IMG/VR virus record: IMGVR_UViG_3300035670_000226
Span: 1 to 60,246 of that record
Source: a virus
Taxonomy: Duplodnaviria; Caudoviricetes
Strand: one strand, 5' to 3'
DNA length: 60,246 nucleotides
Part shown: piece after piece, positions 9,508-18,320 of the stretch
Layout: each line of letters begins with the position of its first letter
How positions within the stretch are numbered: position 1 is the first letter of the stretch
The notes under the pieces: model-generated
What the model was told of the DNA's origin: nothing
The model's database searches: none
What the model saw: only the letters and a program-made list of their open reading frames with translations
Position numbers and translations under genes: made by a program

Positions 9508-11130
9508 TTAAAAGAACATGTTTGAAGCGACTTCAACTTCAGGCATAACTAGGTCCACGGTCATAGCGCAGGCAATGGACAGGGAGTCCACAAAGTCGTC
9601 ATGAGCGTAGTTTTCCTTAGGAGCTTCTACCGTAAAGTTAGGTCCCTTGTAGTGAACTTCTGCGTCAGTCATTTGCTGGTAAAACCTCTTCCATAGCCTC
9701 AACCGCTTGGTTTTAGCATGAGCAGGGTACGCAATCATTCGCCTCTGAATTAGGGCCTGTAAGTGCTTGTAGCGCTTGGACTGCTCGGTAGGGGAAGACG
9801 TAAGGGCGATTACCTCTGCACGAGGCATTAGAACTTTTAGTCGTTGTGCGACGGCGTCTCCGACTCCGTTTGAATCGACGCCGATTGCGAGAACATCATA
9901 GTTATTGAGGAAGTTAACGATTTGAAAATACTGCTCTTCCCAGTCGTCTCCTTGTAGTTCCAGCCAGTTGAGTACTCTGTGGTCATAATAGCCAAATTCA
10001 TCAGGGCGGTCCCAGTCGACCCAGACCACAGTGACAACAGTGGAGTCCATCTTTCTAGCTGGGTCGACTCCGACCACAACAGGGGTTTTATGCCAGACTT
10101 TGACGAGTTCTTGAGACTTATCACCAAGTTCATCCAAGACGGAAGACGTAACAAACATGCCTCGCTCAAGAAGCCATTTGCAGTTATACGACATCTGGAA
10201 CTCATCTGAGTCCTCTCCGATGCGAAGCATCTCTTTCTTAATGAACTTGGCGTAGTTTTCGTTTACCTTTGCTACATCTCGCCAGTCCCACTGGTAGTGG
10301 TTTTGTCGTATACCTCGACCAGTAGCCCTTCGTTTATTTAGCTGGATAGACCGATAAAAGTTATTTTTACTTGTAGTCGGTGTGCCAGTTTTAATCATCG
10401 TTCCTGCGTAGTACGCAAGCATCGGGGAGATTGACTTAGAAACTACGAAGTCATCAGCTTCCTGGCACTCGTCGATAACTACAACGTGAAACGACTTAGA
10501 CTCAATTTTCGCACGAGGGTTTGCCGTCATCATGGTAAGTGTGGAGCCAGATTTCTTGAGGCGAATCATTCGAGTTACACCACCGACTTTGGCGGCTACA
10601 TCGTCAATTTCTGGGTCTTCTAGAACCTCAAGCGCTCGTTCAGAAGTAAGACGAGTAACAGTACGGCTGAATAGAGTTTCAGCCTGCGACTCAGTAGGGG
10701 CGAACATTCCTACCCACAAGCCATCCTTAAAACGCCCCAGTAAATCTGGGTAAATCTTGGCAAGCAAAGGAAGTAGCACCATCAGTGTAGCTAGGGTGTC
10801 TGACACTGTTTCAGTCTTACCTGACTGACGAGAGGCAAGAGCAGTAATCTCTTCACCGTCATTTATGATTACGGATTCTATGATGCGTCTAGCCAGAGGT
10901 TTTTGATACGGGTGGAGGTCGTGGCCAACAAGAACCACCATGAATTGGAGTATTCGTTCAGTCAGCTTATTGACGAATTCTTGAGACAGAGGGTCTTCGT
11001 CTTCTTCTGGCTCAAACTCGGCATCTTCTTCGTAGTCTTCTAGGTAAAACTCAGGGTTGATTTCTTCAAACTTGTTGTCACCTATGTACTCTTCTTCGAA
11101 GAACTCCAAGTCTTCATCAAATTCACTCAT
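9508..11130 (-). CDS. terL: Terminase large subunit
   Basis: Walker A ASRQSGKT, Walker B VVIDECQ, nuclease VGVDPA...HDDFVDS; start taken at MSEFDED. Confidence 0.92.
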   Translation of the reverse strand: MSEFDEDLEFFEEEYIGDNKFEEINPEFYLEDYEEDAEFEPEEDEDPLSQEFVNKLTERILQFMVVLVGHDLHPYQKPLARRIIESVIINDGEEITALASRQSGKTETVSDTLATLMVLLPLLAKIYPDLLGRFKDGLWVGMFAPTESQAETLFSRTVTRLTSERALEVLEDPEIDDVAAKVGGVTRMIRLKKSGSTLTMMTANPRAKIESKSFHVVVIDECQEADDFVVSKSISPMLAYYAGTMIKTGTPTTSKNNFYRSIQLNKRRATGRGIRQNHYQWDWRDVAKVNENYAKFIKKEMLRIGEDSDEFQMSYNCKWLLERGMFVTSSVLDELGDKSQELVKVWHKTPVVVGVDPARKMDSTVVTVVWVDWDRPDEFGYYDHRVLNWLELQGDDWEEQYFQIVNFLNNYDVLAIGVDSNGVGDAVAQRLKVLMPRAEVIALTSSPTEQSKRYKHLQALIQRRMIAYPAHAKTKRLRLWKRFYQQMTDAEVHYKGPNFTVEAPKENYAHDDFVDSLSIACAMTVDLVMPEVEVASNMFF

Positions 11131-11359
11131 TGTCTTCTCGCCTCTTAAGCTCTGTGGTGATGGCAAAAAGTGCCTCAGCACCCATGTGAGCCTCTTCTAG
11201 TAGGTCTTTATCCATTGACCTATTCCAAGTAGTCAAGTTCTTCCCAATAACAAAGAGGGCATTTTCTGCCCACAAAATCAGGTCAGCAGTCCCAATCTTC
11301 TGAACCCTCTTCTGGAGCTTCGTAGGCTGCTGGAGTCCATCCTTCGAGAAAATCTTCAT
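11123..11359 (-). CDS. Small helical protein (possible terminase small subunit)
   Basis: Overlaps terL start; function from position only. Confidence 0.45.
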   Translation of the reverse strand: MKIFSKDGLQQPTKLQKRVQKIGTADLILWAENALFVIGKNLTTWNRSMDKDLLEEAHMGAEALFAITTELKRREDNE

Positions 11360-11603
11360 CTGCTAATACTCGCCCTTCTATTGCCCTTGTTAATGCTTCT
11401 TCTTCTGTACCTATGATACCTGTCCACTTTCCTAGAACTAAGGCTTTGTGGTTAGGCATTCTAAAAATTAATGGCTCAGACGTTCTAAATGGCTCTGAAA
11501 TTTCTTGGGTCCACCCTCTGACCATAAGCTTGTTGCCCCACTGCACAGGAAAGCTGATGTATTGAAAGAAGTGTTTTGGTCCGATGTTGTGAATTTTGGG
11601 CAT
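11283..11603 (-). CDS. Hypothetical protein
   Basis: Coupled stop/start with upstream KTSC gene. Confidence 0.6.
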   Translation of the reverse strand: MPKIHNIGPKHFFQYISFPVQWGNKLMVRGWTQEISEPFRTSEPLIFRMPNHKALVLGKWTGIIGTEEEALTRAIEGRVLADEDFLEGWTPAAYEAPEEGSEDWDC

Positions 11604-12307
11604 TATGGTTTCTTTGGTTTTGCCTGTCTGTTGGCTGTTGCGGGGTTTTTACCTTTTGTTTTGCGAAGAGTTTCCCTTCCCCTAAGAGCGCTTTCTCTGC
11701 GCTTACTTCTGAGCTGGGCTTCACGAGTTCTGTTTAGTTTAGACGACTGCTCTATCTGAGAAGTTCTAACTACTTTATAAAGCAGTTCTCTAATTTGGGG
11801 GTTGATGCTAGATACGTCTGCCAGACCTCTAGGCTTACTCAGAAACAGGCCGTCACTTCCCTGCCTTCTTCCCGCTTTGTTTAGCCAAGGGTTACCCTTA
11901 GAAACAGACGCTTTAAATCCTTGCCATTCACCTGGCGTAACTTGGTAGTAGTTGTAAAAAGTACCATCTCTAAAAACTACTGTCATAGTCTGACGCTGCT
12001 CGTCGTAGCCCGCAGCAATAGTCCTTGGTCTGGAATAGTTGCTGGAAGACGTTGGGATGTCAGACTCAGTAAAGGCAACTGAGTCTAGGCTATCGGGAAC
12101 CTCTTGATTTTTAGCTGGATTTACTAGGTCTCTGGGCCTGTAATAAGCATCAGACATGTTTTCAAAGATATCTGAAGAGGTATCAAACCTATCCGTACCC
12201 TGATTAACTCCGACTGCCTTTACAGCGTCACCGAGAATAGGGCCAAGCTGCTCCCTCAGTTCAGAGCGGGAAGGAAACTCTTGTTCCCCACCAAAGAATC
12301 TGGGCAT
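11603..12307 (-). CDS. KTSC-domain protein with basic C-terminal tail
   Basis: IAAGYDEQRQTMTVVFRDGTFYNYYQV...FKASVSKG matches the KTSC pattern. Confidence 0.75.
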   Translation of the reverse strand: MPRFFGGEQEFPSRSELREQLGPILGDAVKAVGVNQGTDRFDTSSDIFENMSDAYYRPRDLVNPAKNQEVPDSLDSVAFTESDIPTSSSNYSRPRTIAAGYDEQRQTMTVVFRDGTFYNYYQVTPGEWQGFKASVSKGNPWLNKAGRRQGSDGLFLSKPRGLADVSSINPQIRELLYKVVRTSQIEQSSKLNRTREAQLRSKRRESALRGRETLRKTKGKNPATANRQAKPKKP

Positions 12308-12337
12308 TATTCTCCTAAAACTAAACCCCTAGCAACA

Positions 12338-12373
12338 ATGTTACTAGGGGCGTAGTTTTTACAGTCGCTAAAT
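12338..12373 (-). promoter_or_regulatory. Putative late promoter ATTTAG-N24-TAACAT overlapping a terminator-like hairpin
   Basis: Fixed-spacing motif; cccctag/ctagggg stem at about 12326-12350. Confidence 0.5.
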
Positions 12374-13056
12374 TAGCTAGCTGCTGCGTAAGGGGTGATG
12401 GTGATAGCGTCGCCAACCTCAACCTCGTTAGCGCCTGCGGCGACTGACTGGGTCTTGATGGTTCCAGCTACACCGTGGATGTTGCCAGTCTCGTTGATAC
12501 CAGTGGTGTCTGCGACAGTGAAGCCAGTACCAGATACGGTAATGGTAGTGGAGTCAGCTGCAGTTACAGTCCAAGTACCACGTGCGTAGGTAGGTAGGTT
12601 AACTGGGGTGCCACCGTCTGGGGTACCAGCTAGTAGAGTTACCTTTGCGCCTACTGGGTAGTTGGTGCTTGCAGAGGTTACGTATACAACTGCGCTGGTT
12701 GCGCTAGTTGCGTTGAAGCGGGTTACGTTACCCTTTGCGTTGGTAGCAGCGGTAGCTGCGGTTACAACTAGACCTGCATCCTCAAGGATGTCGGTTGCGT
12801 TAGCAGTGGTCTGACCGATAACGCTAGCAACAGTAATGTAGCCTGCGCCCTCTGGTCCTGCACTGTTAGGGGTGTACAGCGGGTATCCGTTCCAACCAGT
12901 GTAAGCAACATTGTGGTTGTCTAGGGCAGCGTTTAGAAGACCGCCACCGTTCTCTTCACGGACATCGTTTGGTTGCATGGGCATGTTACCCCATACGTGG
13001 TCAATGACGACGTTTCCACCGTCGTCTAGCAAGTTGCCATTTTCATTTACGGCCAT
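12373..13056 (-). CDS. Virion protein with interrupted PASTA-like domain
   Basis: VASVIGQTTANATDILEDAGL ... GTIKTQSVAAG..V..GDAITI, separated by a Thr-rich beta insert. Confidence 0.55.
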   Translation of the reverse strand: MAVNENGNLLDDGGNVVIDHVWGNMPMQPNDVREENGGGLLNAALDNHNVAYTGWNGYPLYTPNSAGPEGAGYITVASVIGQTTANATDILEDAGLVVTAATAATNAKGNVTRFNATSATSAVVYVTSASTNYPVGAKVTLLAGTPDGGTPVNLPTYARGTWTVTAADSTTITVSGTGFTVADTTGINETGNIHGVAGTIKTQSVAAGANEVEVGDAITITPYAAAS

Positions 13057-13292
13057 TAGTATTCTTCCTCACATTCATGAATGGATAATTCGTCTTCGTA
13101 TAAGACGTCCCCGCAGTCCTTGCAACGGAACATGTGTACGTCGTCTAGTGCCTCGTGAAGCGAGTCCGAATGATGTTCACCTTGCACCACCCTAGTTTGC
13201 GCAAGAACCTCGGGTGGAAAAGGCCCATGGGGTCTATATGCAGTTTTAGGGATTTCGTGTCCCTGTACTGCAAACTTTCTAATCAGAGCCAT
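13056..13292 (-). CDS. Small C2H-type zinc-finger protein
   Basis: FRCKDCG...HEC. Confidence 0.6.
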   Translation of the reverse strand: MALIRKFAVQGHEIPKTAYRPHGPFPPEVLAQTRVVQGEHHSDSLHEALDDVHMFRCKDCGDVLYEDELSIHECEEEY

Positions 13293-13485
13293 CCGAAGCC
13301 GACTCTTCCTCTACTGGAGCAGACTTCTTGGAAGACTTAGTGGAAGGAACCACTAGCTTCAAAGAGTCGTCCTGTCTAAACGCCCGCAAAAACGAAGGTA
13401 AGTGCTTTGCACAGTAGTGAACGTGCGTAGCCTCATTAAGCTTGTAAGTGTAGACTGCTGAATCTGAACAGTTTGCGCAAGTCAT
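13279..13485 (-). CDS. Small zinc-binding protein
   Basis: CANC...YCAKH. Confidence 0.55.
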   Translation of the reverse strand: MTCANCSDSAVYTYKLNEATHVHYCAKHLPSFLRAFRQDDSLKLVVPSTKSSKKSAPVEEESASDGSD

Positions 13486-14063
13486 GCCTTTGCCACCTTC
13501 TTTGCAGCGGCTTTAGTTGCCGTCTTAACTGCTGTGGTCTTAGCGACTTTTGCCGTGGCAGTAGTGGTCGCTTTTTTAGCCACTGCCTTAGCTGCCACCT
13601 TTTTTGCGACTGCCTTAGCTGCTGTCTTAGCTGCGGCTCCTCCTGGACCCCCCATAACTGTAGTCGCTACATCAGCAACGGTGCCCACGGCTTTTGCTGC
13701 TCGAGCGACCTTTTCTGACTTAGGAGTCTTCGGTTCAGGAGTGTGGGTGCTGAGTTTGATGCCATTTTCAGGGTGAACTTCTAGGTTAGCAATTCTGTTT
13801 TTGTTAGCAGTCTCTGCGTGACCAGCTGCCTCACCGACTCTAATGTCTGCTTTGCCTTTTTCCCACTTGTGAAGAACGTCTACCAATCCGCTAAGCTCTT
13901 CTAGCGAGCTTCCAGCCCCACCTGCACCTCCATGGCCATCGGCAAAGTGCTCGGTTCTAGTCTTGGATGCCGTGTTTTCTTCAGGCTTTGGTAACCTCAT
14001 ACCGAGCCATTCGCTGGCCTTATTCGCCCAGGTGCTGATAGCTCCATCGTTAAACTTAGGCAT
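13482..14063 (-). CDS. Protein with histone-like Lys/Ala-rich C-terminus
   Basis: AAKTAAKAVAKKVAAKAVAKK... repeats. Confidence 0.6.
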   Translation of the reverse strand: MPKFNDGAISTWANKASEWLGMRLPKPEENTASKTRTEHFADGHGGAGGAGSSLEELSGLVDVLHKWEKGKADIRVGEAAGHAETANKNRIANLEVHPENGIKLSTHTPEPKTPKSEKVARAAKAVGTVADVATTVMGGPGGAAAKTAAKAVAKKVAAKAVAKKATTTATAKVAKTTAVKTATKAAAKKVAKA

Positions 14064-14064
14064 C

Positions 14065-14421
14065 TTAATCCTTCGACTTTTCCTCTAGTTTCTGAACCCT
14101 AGAATACAGTTCATCAAACTTTTTATCGCCCTCAACTAGTCTTTCTTCAATACGGTTGACTGTGTCCTTAATAGACTTACCGCCGTTATGAGACAGCTCC
14201 CCATCAATTCTGTTTAGGCGCTCCATGACCCCAGGGACCCTGCCTCTGCCAGGCTCTTCGGGGGTGCCATTCCAGTCATCCAAGAACTTAGAAGTCTTGT
14301 CTGTTAGCACCTTAAGGGCTTTTACTAAAGGTCTTACGAACTTTTCCACTGCAAACCATGCTCCTAGCAAAACCGTTACTACGGTTGCTGCTGCCATTAA
14401 TGAACTAACAAACGGGTCCAT
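14065..14421 (-). CDS. Single-TM coiled-coil membrane protein of the lysis region
   Basis: N-terminal hydrophobic helix, NGGKSIKD..RIE motif; start at MDPFV. Confidence 0.6.
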   Translation of the reverse strand: MDPFVSSLMAAATVVTVLLGAWFAVEKFVRPLVKALKVLTDKTSKFLDDWNGTPEEPGRGRVPGVMERLNRIDGELSHNGGKSIKDTVNRIEERLVEGDKKFDELYSRVQKLEEKSKD

Positions 14422-14422
14422 T

Positions 14423-14596
14423 TTATTTCCCTTTGCCCCCACTTACAGACTCGCCTTGTTGTCCTCTGCCAGTGGATGAGTACACTTTAATTGACGGCTT
14501 TTCTTTACTTTTTAACTTTTTAGAGGCAACGGCTAAACGCCCCGACTTAGCAGTTGGTGTCTGCTGGTTGGGGCGCAAAGCCTTGCGTTTCTGCAT
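14423..14596 (-). CDS. Small basic protein (57 aa; not in ORF track)
   Basis: Reads MQKRKALRPNQQ...GGKGK; fills the gap between neighbours almost exactly. Confidence 0.5.
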   Translation of the reverse strand: MQKRKALRPNQQTPTAKSGRLAVASKKLKSKEKPSIKVYSSTGRGQQGESVSGGKGK

Positions 14597-14598
14597 CA

Positions 14599-14970
14599 CT
14601 AGTCGTTGCGGTCGTCTGGGTCGTCGCCAAACAACTCGTCGTCGTTGTCGTCAAACTCTACGTCATCAAACGTGAAGTCGCCGTCTTCTTCGACCTTCAA
14701 AGCTGCTTCTAGATTCTCGTTGCTCTCAGCGGCCTTAGCTACTGCGGCTCGAAATGCGTTGGCCACGTCCTGACCGTCAATACGGCCTTGCCACGTGAGT
14801 GAAACGCCCAGCATAGTCGCCACGGCCGCAAAAGCGGTGCCAACACCAATGATGGAACCGAGCCACCAGTCACCATTGGTTGCGATAGAACCTACACCAG
14901 TACCTGCGAAGAAAGTCGCCAAGAACAGACCAGCTGCACGAGCGAGAATCTGCTTTATGATGTCCTTCAT
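14599..14970 (-). CDS. Holin-like membrane protein
   Basis: Two hydrophobic segments, acidic tail; coupled to M23 endolysin. Confidence 0.6.
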   Translation of the reverse strand: MKDIIKQILARAAGLFLATFFAGTGVGSIATNGDWWLGSIIGVGTAFAAVATMLGVSLTWQGRIDGQDVANAFRAAVAKAAESNENLEAALKVEEDGDFTFDDVEFDDNDDELFGDDPDDRND

Positions 14971-15410
14971 TATGCGTTCTCCTTAATAGTCTTGTAAAGG
15001 TCTGCCTTGTCAGCAGTAGCGCCAAATACACCCTTTACCTTCTTCGATAGAGTGGCGTGAAGGTGCGGACCGCTTGAGGCGCTACCAGTGTTACCAACTA
15101 GGCCGACTACGTCGCCTAGGGCAACCTTGTCGCCTACCTTTAGGGTTGGGGCTGCCTTTAGGTGGCAGTAACCGATGAACCAAATCTTGCCGTCTTTGTC
15201 AGCGGCAGACTGTACGATGACGTGTCCAAGAACCTTAGACTCACCTACAAACTTGATGGTTCCTTTTGCGATTGCGGGAATCTTAGTTCCCGCTGGCATT
15301 GCCCAGTCGGTACCAGAGTGTGCTTGCATGTTGTTCTTCTTACGGAACTCCGACATAGTGCCGTAGTGACCCGTAATCTTCTTATCTGGAAAAGGTGACT
15401 TCCAACTCAT
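14970..15410 (-). CDS. M23-family peptidase (endolysin)
   Basis: HSGTD and GNTG.ASSGPHLH zinc motifs. Confidence 0.9.
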   Translation of the reverse strand: MSWKSPFPDKKITGHYGTMSEFRKKNNMQAHSGTDWAMPAGTKIPAIAKGTIKFVGESKVLGHVIVQSAADKDGKIWFIGYCHLKAAPTLKVGDKVALGDVVGLVGNTGSASSGPHLHATLSKKVKGVFGATADKADLYKTIKENA

Positions 15411-15444
15411 AATAGTCCTTAAATACTAATTACCCTCAGCATTA

Positions 15445-15480
15445 ATTTTGACTTATTCGAACGGATTTGGGGGTCTAAGC
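15445..15480 (-). promoter_or_regulatory. Putative late promoter GCTTAG-N24-CAAAAT
   Basis: Fixed-spacing motif (one mismatch) upstream of endolysin. Confidence 0.4.
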
Positions 15481-15620
15481 TCAGGTTCGTATCTCAAGCT
15501 CTTCATATACCACAAAACAAATTCTGAGTACTCGTCAGTAGAAAGCTCACGATTTATGCGCTTTTCTAACTGACGAGCCTCAAAATCGGCTTTAGCGAAT
15601 AACTCGTCGTTACTCAGCAT
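15453..15620 (-). CDS. Hypothetical 55-aa protein (not in ORF track)
   Basis: MLSNDELFAKADFEARQLEKR...PNPFE; overlaps upstream stop. Confidence 0.45.
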   Translation of the reverse strand: MLSNDELFAKADFEARQLEKRINRELSTDEYSEFVLWYMKSLRYEPELRPPNPFE

Positions 15621-15795
15621 CTCTCTCATAACGCAGTGGGAAGGTAATAACCCACACTCCTAGGGTAATCCAGATTAGCATTCCTACTACGTCTTTTGCT
15701 GAGCCTTCCAATACAACCCATGCAACGAACATACCGAGCAGGGTCCAGGCTTGGTCAATGATGTCCTTGAATAAGGACTTTATGAAGTGAATCAT
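15610..15795 (-). CDS. Small 2-TM membrane protein
   Basis: Two hydrophobic helices; coupled to upstream gene. Confidence 0.65.
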   Translation of the reverse strand: MIHFIKSLFKDIIDQAWTLLGMFVAWVVLEGSAKDVVGMLIWITLGVWVITFPLRYERDAE

Positions 15796-17666
15796 TATGG
15801 TCTCCTTGCTGCGACTGCTGCCGCACTAGTGGCTGCTGATGTAGCGGTGATTGCGATGTTGGCCACAATCACAGATGCAACAACAACCTTTTCTGACTGT
15901 TCACGGACCTGCGGAGACATGTCTGCTCCCGCATTTCCTAGGGCGTTTAGGGCATCGGCAACTGCGACTACTGCAGCACCGACAACAGGGGCAGAAGCAA
16001 GTTCCTCGTCAATAACGATGTCATCTTGCTGTGCTGCTACTAGAAGCAGGTCTAGAGCCTGCTCGTACTCTTCAGAGCCAGGCTCTGCTGTCTCAAACGT
16101 TTCCATAGCTACGCTTACCAAGACCGCAGCTTGTTCCTCTGTCAAACTGGTAGGTACAACGTTTTCTATAACGGCTATTACATTTTCGATTGGAGTATCA
16201 GATGTCACCTCTTGTGGAGTGGTCGGGACAGGTTCTGGGTCCTGAGTGGGTGTGGGTTCGGGACTTGGTTCTGATGACGGGTCTACTGTGGGGCTTTCTT
16301 CTTCTGGTTCTGGAGCAGGAGTAGGCTCAGGTGTCAACGTCGGCTCAGGTAATTGCGGTTCAGGAGTTTCAACTACCTCTGGAGTTTCTTCCACTGGTGG
16401 TGTGGGGTCTATGGGGGCTGGTTCTGTTGTTGCTTCTGGAGTTAAAGTAGGTTCGGGTGTTGGTTCAGGCTCTGTTGGTGTTGGCGTTGGTAGCGGTTCT
16501 GGGGTTGGTTCTGGACTTGGCTCTACGGAGGGCTGAGGCTCAGGAGTCACAATCGGTTCTGGTTCAACGGGGGCGGGTTGTGGAGCAGGCTCTGGGGCAG
16601 GCGTTTGACTTGGCTCTGGTTGTGGTTGGGGTTCTGGTGCTGTCTCTGGTGTGGGCTCAGGTTCTGGCGTAGGCTCAGGCTCTGCTGGTATAGGCGTAAC
16701 CACCGCTGGAGCGTATTCAAAATCAACTACAAGCTTTTTGTACCATCCTGGGCAAGGGTCACCGAATACACCATTATCTGCAGGCATACTTCCCGCTGAT
16801 TGCCCCATAAATACACTAGCTACTATCGTGCTGACATCCACACCGCAGTCTGTGTCATGAGCTTCGTATCTAGCTATTACGCCAGAGATGACCATTCCTG
16901 TTGGTGCTTGCACTTCTAATGTGCTACCCTCATTTACAACATAATCCCAGACAGGAGTAGGCGATGGAGTTTGGACTGGCGTTGGTTCTGGTTCTGGTGA
17001 TTGGGTCGGTTCTGGCGACTGTGATACGGGAGATTCCGTCACGTCGCTTTCAGTGGGACTGGGCTCAGGACTCGGTGAAGTTGTGGGTGACGGTGAGGCG
17101 CTATCAGAGGGTTCAGGAGCAGGTTCAGGAGAAAGAGTCGGCTCACTAGATGTGGTTGAGGTTTCTGAGCTGGTTGATGACAAATCAGGTGACGAAGTGG
17201 GTTCTGGTGATGCCGATTCTGATGTCGGCTCTGGGGTTGGTGTACTTGTGGGTTCGGGCTCAGGAGCTGCTGTCACGGCCACGCTCATAATAGGGCCAAA
17301 GAAACCGCCCCAATAGCCGTTATCAATGCCCTCTAGACGAATTGTCTGGGTTCCCTCAACAGTGACTGTGTACGTACGAGCATCGTGAATCTCAGAGGAT
17401 TCAATTACGTAGCTGCCTACAATAATTCGATAAGTATCTGGAGTGACTCCTCCACCAATAGTGTTGGTGACGTTATTAGTTACGGTGATGTCAATGTTTG
17501 TGTTGGAGAACTCACGCTGTACATACCCCCAGGTATAGCTGAACTGCACCGTGTCGCCAGAAATAGCGACGTTAGGTGATGCTTGCCAGTTGGCTTGTGC
17601 AGGAGATGATAGGAATAAAGAGCCGAATGCTAGGAGTAGTGCTGCGATTATTCGCAGGTTCTTCAC
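15795..17666 (-). CDS. Secreted/membrane-anchored Pro-Glu-Thr-rich protein with SUEL-type lectin-like domain
   Basis: Signal peptide ending AQA; two PE/PT linkers; NGVFGDPCPGWYKKL motif; hydrophobic C-terminus ending RRP. Confidence 0.7.
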   Translation of the reverse strand: MKNLRIIAALLLAFGSLFLSSPAQANWQASPNVAISGDTVQFSYTWGYVQREFSNTNIDITVTNNVTNTIGGGVTPDTYRIIVGSYVIESSEIHDARTYTVTVEGTQTIRLEGIDNGYWGGFFGPIMSVAVTAAPEPEPTSTPTPEPTSESASPEPTSSPDLSSTSSETSTTSSEPTLSPEPAPEPSDSASPSPTTSPSPEPSPTESDVTESPVSQSPEPTQSPEPEPTPVQTPSPTPVWDYVVNEGSTLEVQAPTGMVISGVIARYEAHDTDCGVDVSTIVASVFMGQSAGSMPADNGVFGDPCPGWYKKLVVDFEYAPAVVTPIPAEPEPTPEPEPTPETAPEPQPQPEPSQTPAPEPAPQPAPVEPEPIVTPEPQPSVEPSPEPTPEPLPTPTPTEPEPTPEPTLTPEATTEPAPIDPTPPVEETPEVVETPEPQLPEPTLTPEPTPAPEPEEESPTVDPSSEPSPEPTPTQDPEPVPTTPQEVTSDTPIENVIAVIENVVPTSLTEEQAAVLVSVAMETFETAEPGSEEYEQALDLLLVAAQQDDIVIDEELASAPVVGAAVVAVADALNALGNAGADMSPQVREQSEKVVVASVIVANIAITATSAATSAAAVAARRP

Positions 17667-17932
17667 TTCTTGGTAGAGTTCCCTTCGTTGTCTACTCCTT
17701 TTAGTGCAACGGTCTGCCTAAATGCGGCATTGATTTCGTCCAGTGTTAGCTTTCCGTCTTCTAGGAACGCAAGTGCTAGGAGTTCAATAACCTTGAAAAC
17801 AGCTAGGATACCTCCCATAGCAGCGGCAATAAGAATGTCTACGCCCATAATTGACCCTGCACCAATAACACCTAGTGCAGATGCCACAAAAGTGGCTACA
17901 ATACGGAGTATTACGTTAAACGTAAGGCTCAT
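17663..17932 (-). CDS. Holin-like membrane protein
   Basis: Two TM segments, DGKLTLDEINAAF tail. Confidence 0.6.
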   Translation of the reverse strand: MSLTFNVILRIVATFVASALGVIGAGSIMGVDILIAAAMGGILAVFKVIELLALAFLEDGKLTLDEINAAFRQTVALKGVDNEGNSTKK

Positions 17933-17981
17933 GATACCTCTCTAAATAGCTGCGCCGTGTTTTGCTACTTATAGAGGCGGA

Positions 17982-18131
17982 TTAAATATCGTCGTCAAAT
18001 TCTAAAAAGTCATACTCATCTGTATCATGCAGAGAGTACAAAATGTCGTCGTCCAGCTCATCCCCATCGAAGTACTCGTCCTCAAACGACTCTTCGTCAT
18101 CAAATGGGTCTATCCTATCATTCCAGCCCAT
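17982..18131 (-). CDS. Very acidic 49-aa protein (not in ORF track)
   Basis: GAAAGG SD; MGWNDRIDPFDDEESFEDEYFDGDELDDDILYSLHDTDEYDFLEFDDDI. Confidence 0.6.
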   Translation of the reverse strand: MGWNDRIDPFDDEESFEDEYFDGDELDDDILYSLHDTDEYDFLEFDDDI

Positions 18132-18160
18132 CGCTCGCCTTTCGACAACTGATTACCAAA

Positions 18161-18196
18161 AGTGTGACATAAGTACTGGATTTTTACGGACTAAAC
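18161..18196 (-). promoter_or_regulatory. Putative late promoter GTTTAG-N24-CACACT
   Basis: Fixed-spacing motif at the head of the leftward lysis/structural unit. Confidence 0.55.
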
Positions 18197-18212
18197 TAAT
18201 CCCCCTGTGTTG

Positions 18213-18241
18213 TTGAACTTCTGGTTAATTTGGACTAGGCT
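18213..18241 (+). promoter_or_regulatory. Sigma-A-type promoter TTGAAC-N17-TAGGCT
   Basis: Near-consensus -35/-10 upstream of the NlpC/P60 gene. Confidence 0.6.
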
Positions 18242-18320
18242 GAGGGCTCATAACTGAATATCGAATGTCACTTTGACAATAAACGACCGAGTACTAAAGC
18301 AATGAAAGGTAGGTCGCTAA

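Noticed and set aside
15787-17316. Plus-strand Gly/Ser/Val-rich ORFs
   Set aside because: Antisense shadows of the Pro/Glu/Thr repeats in 15795..17666
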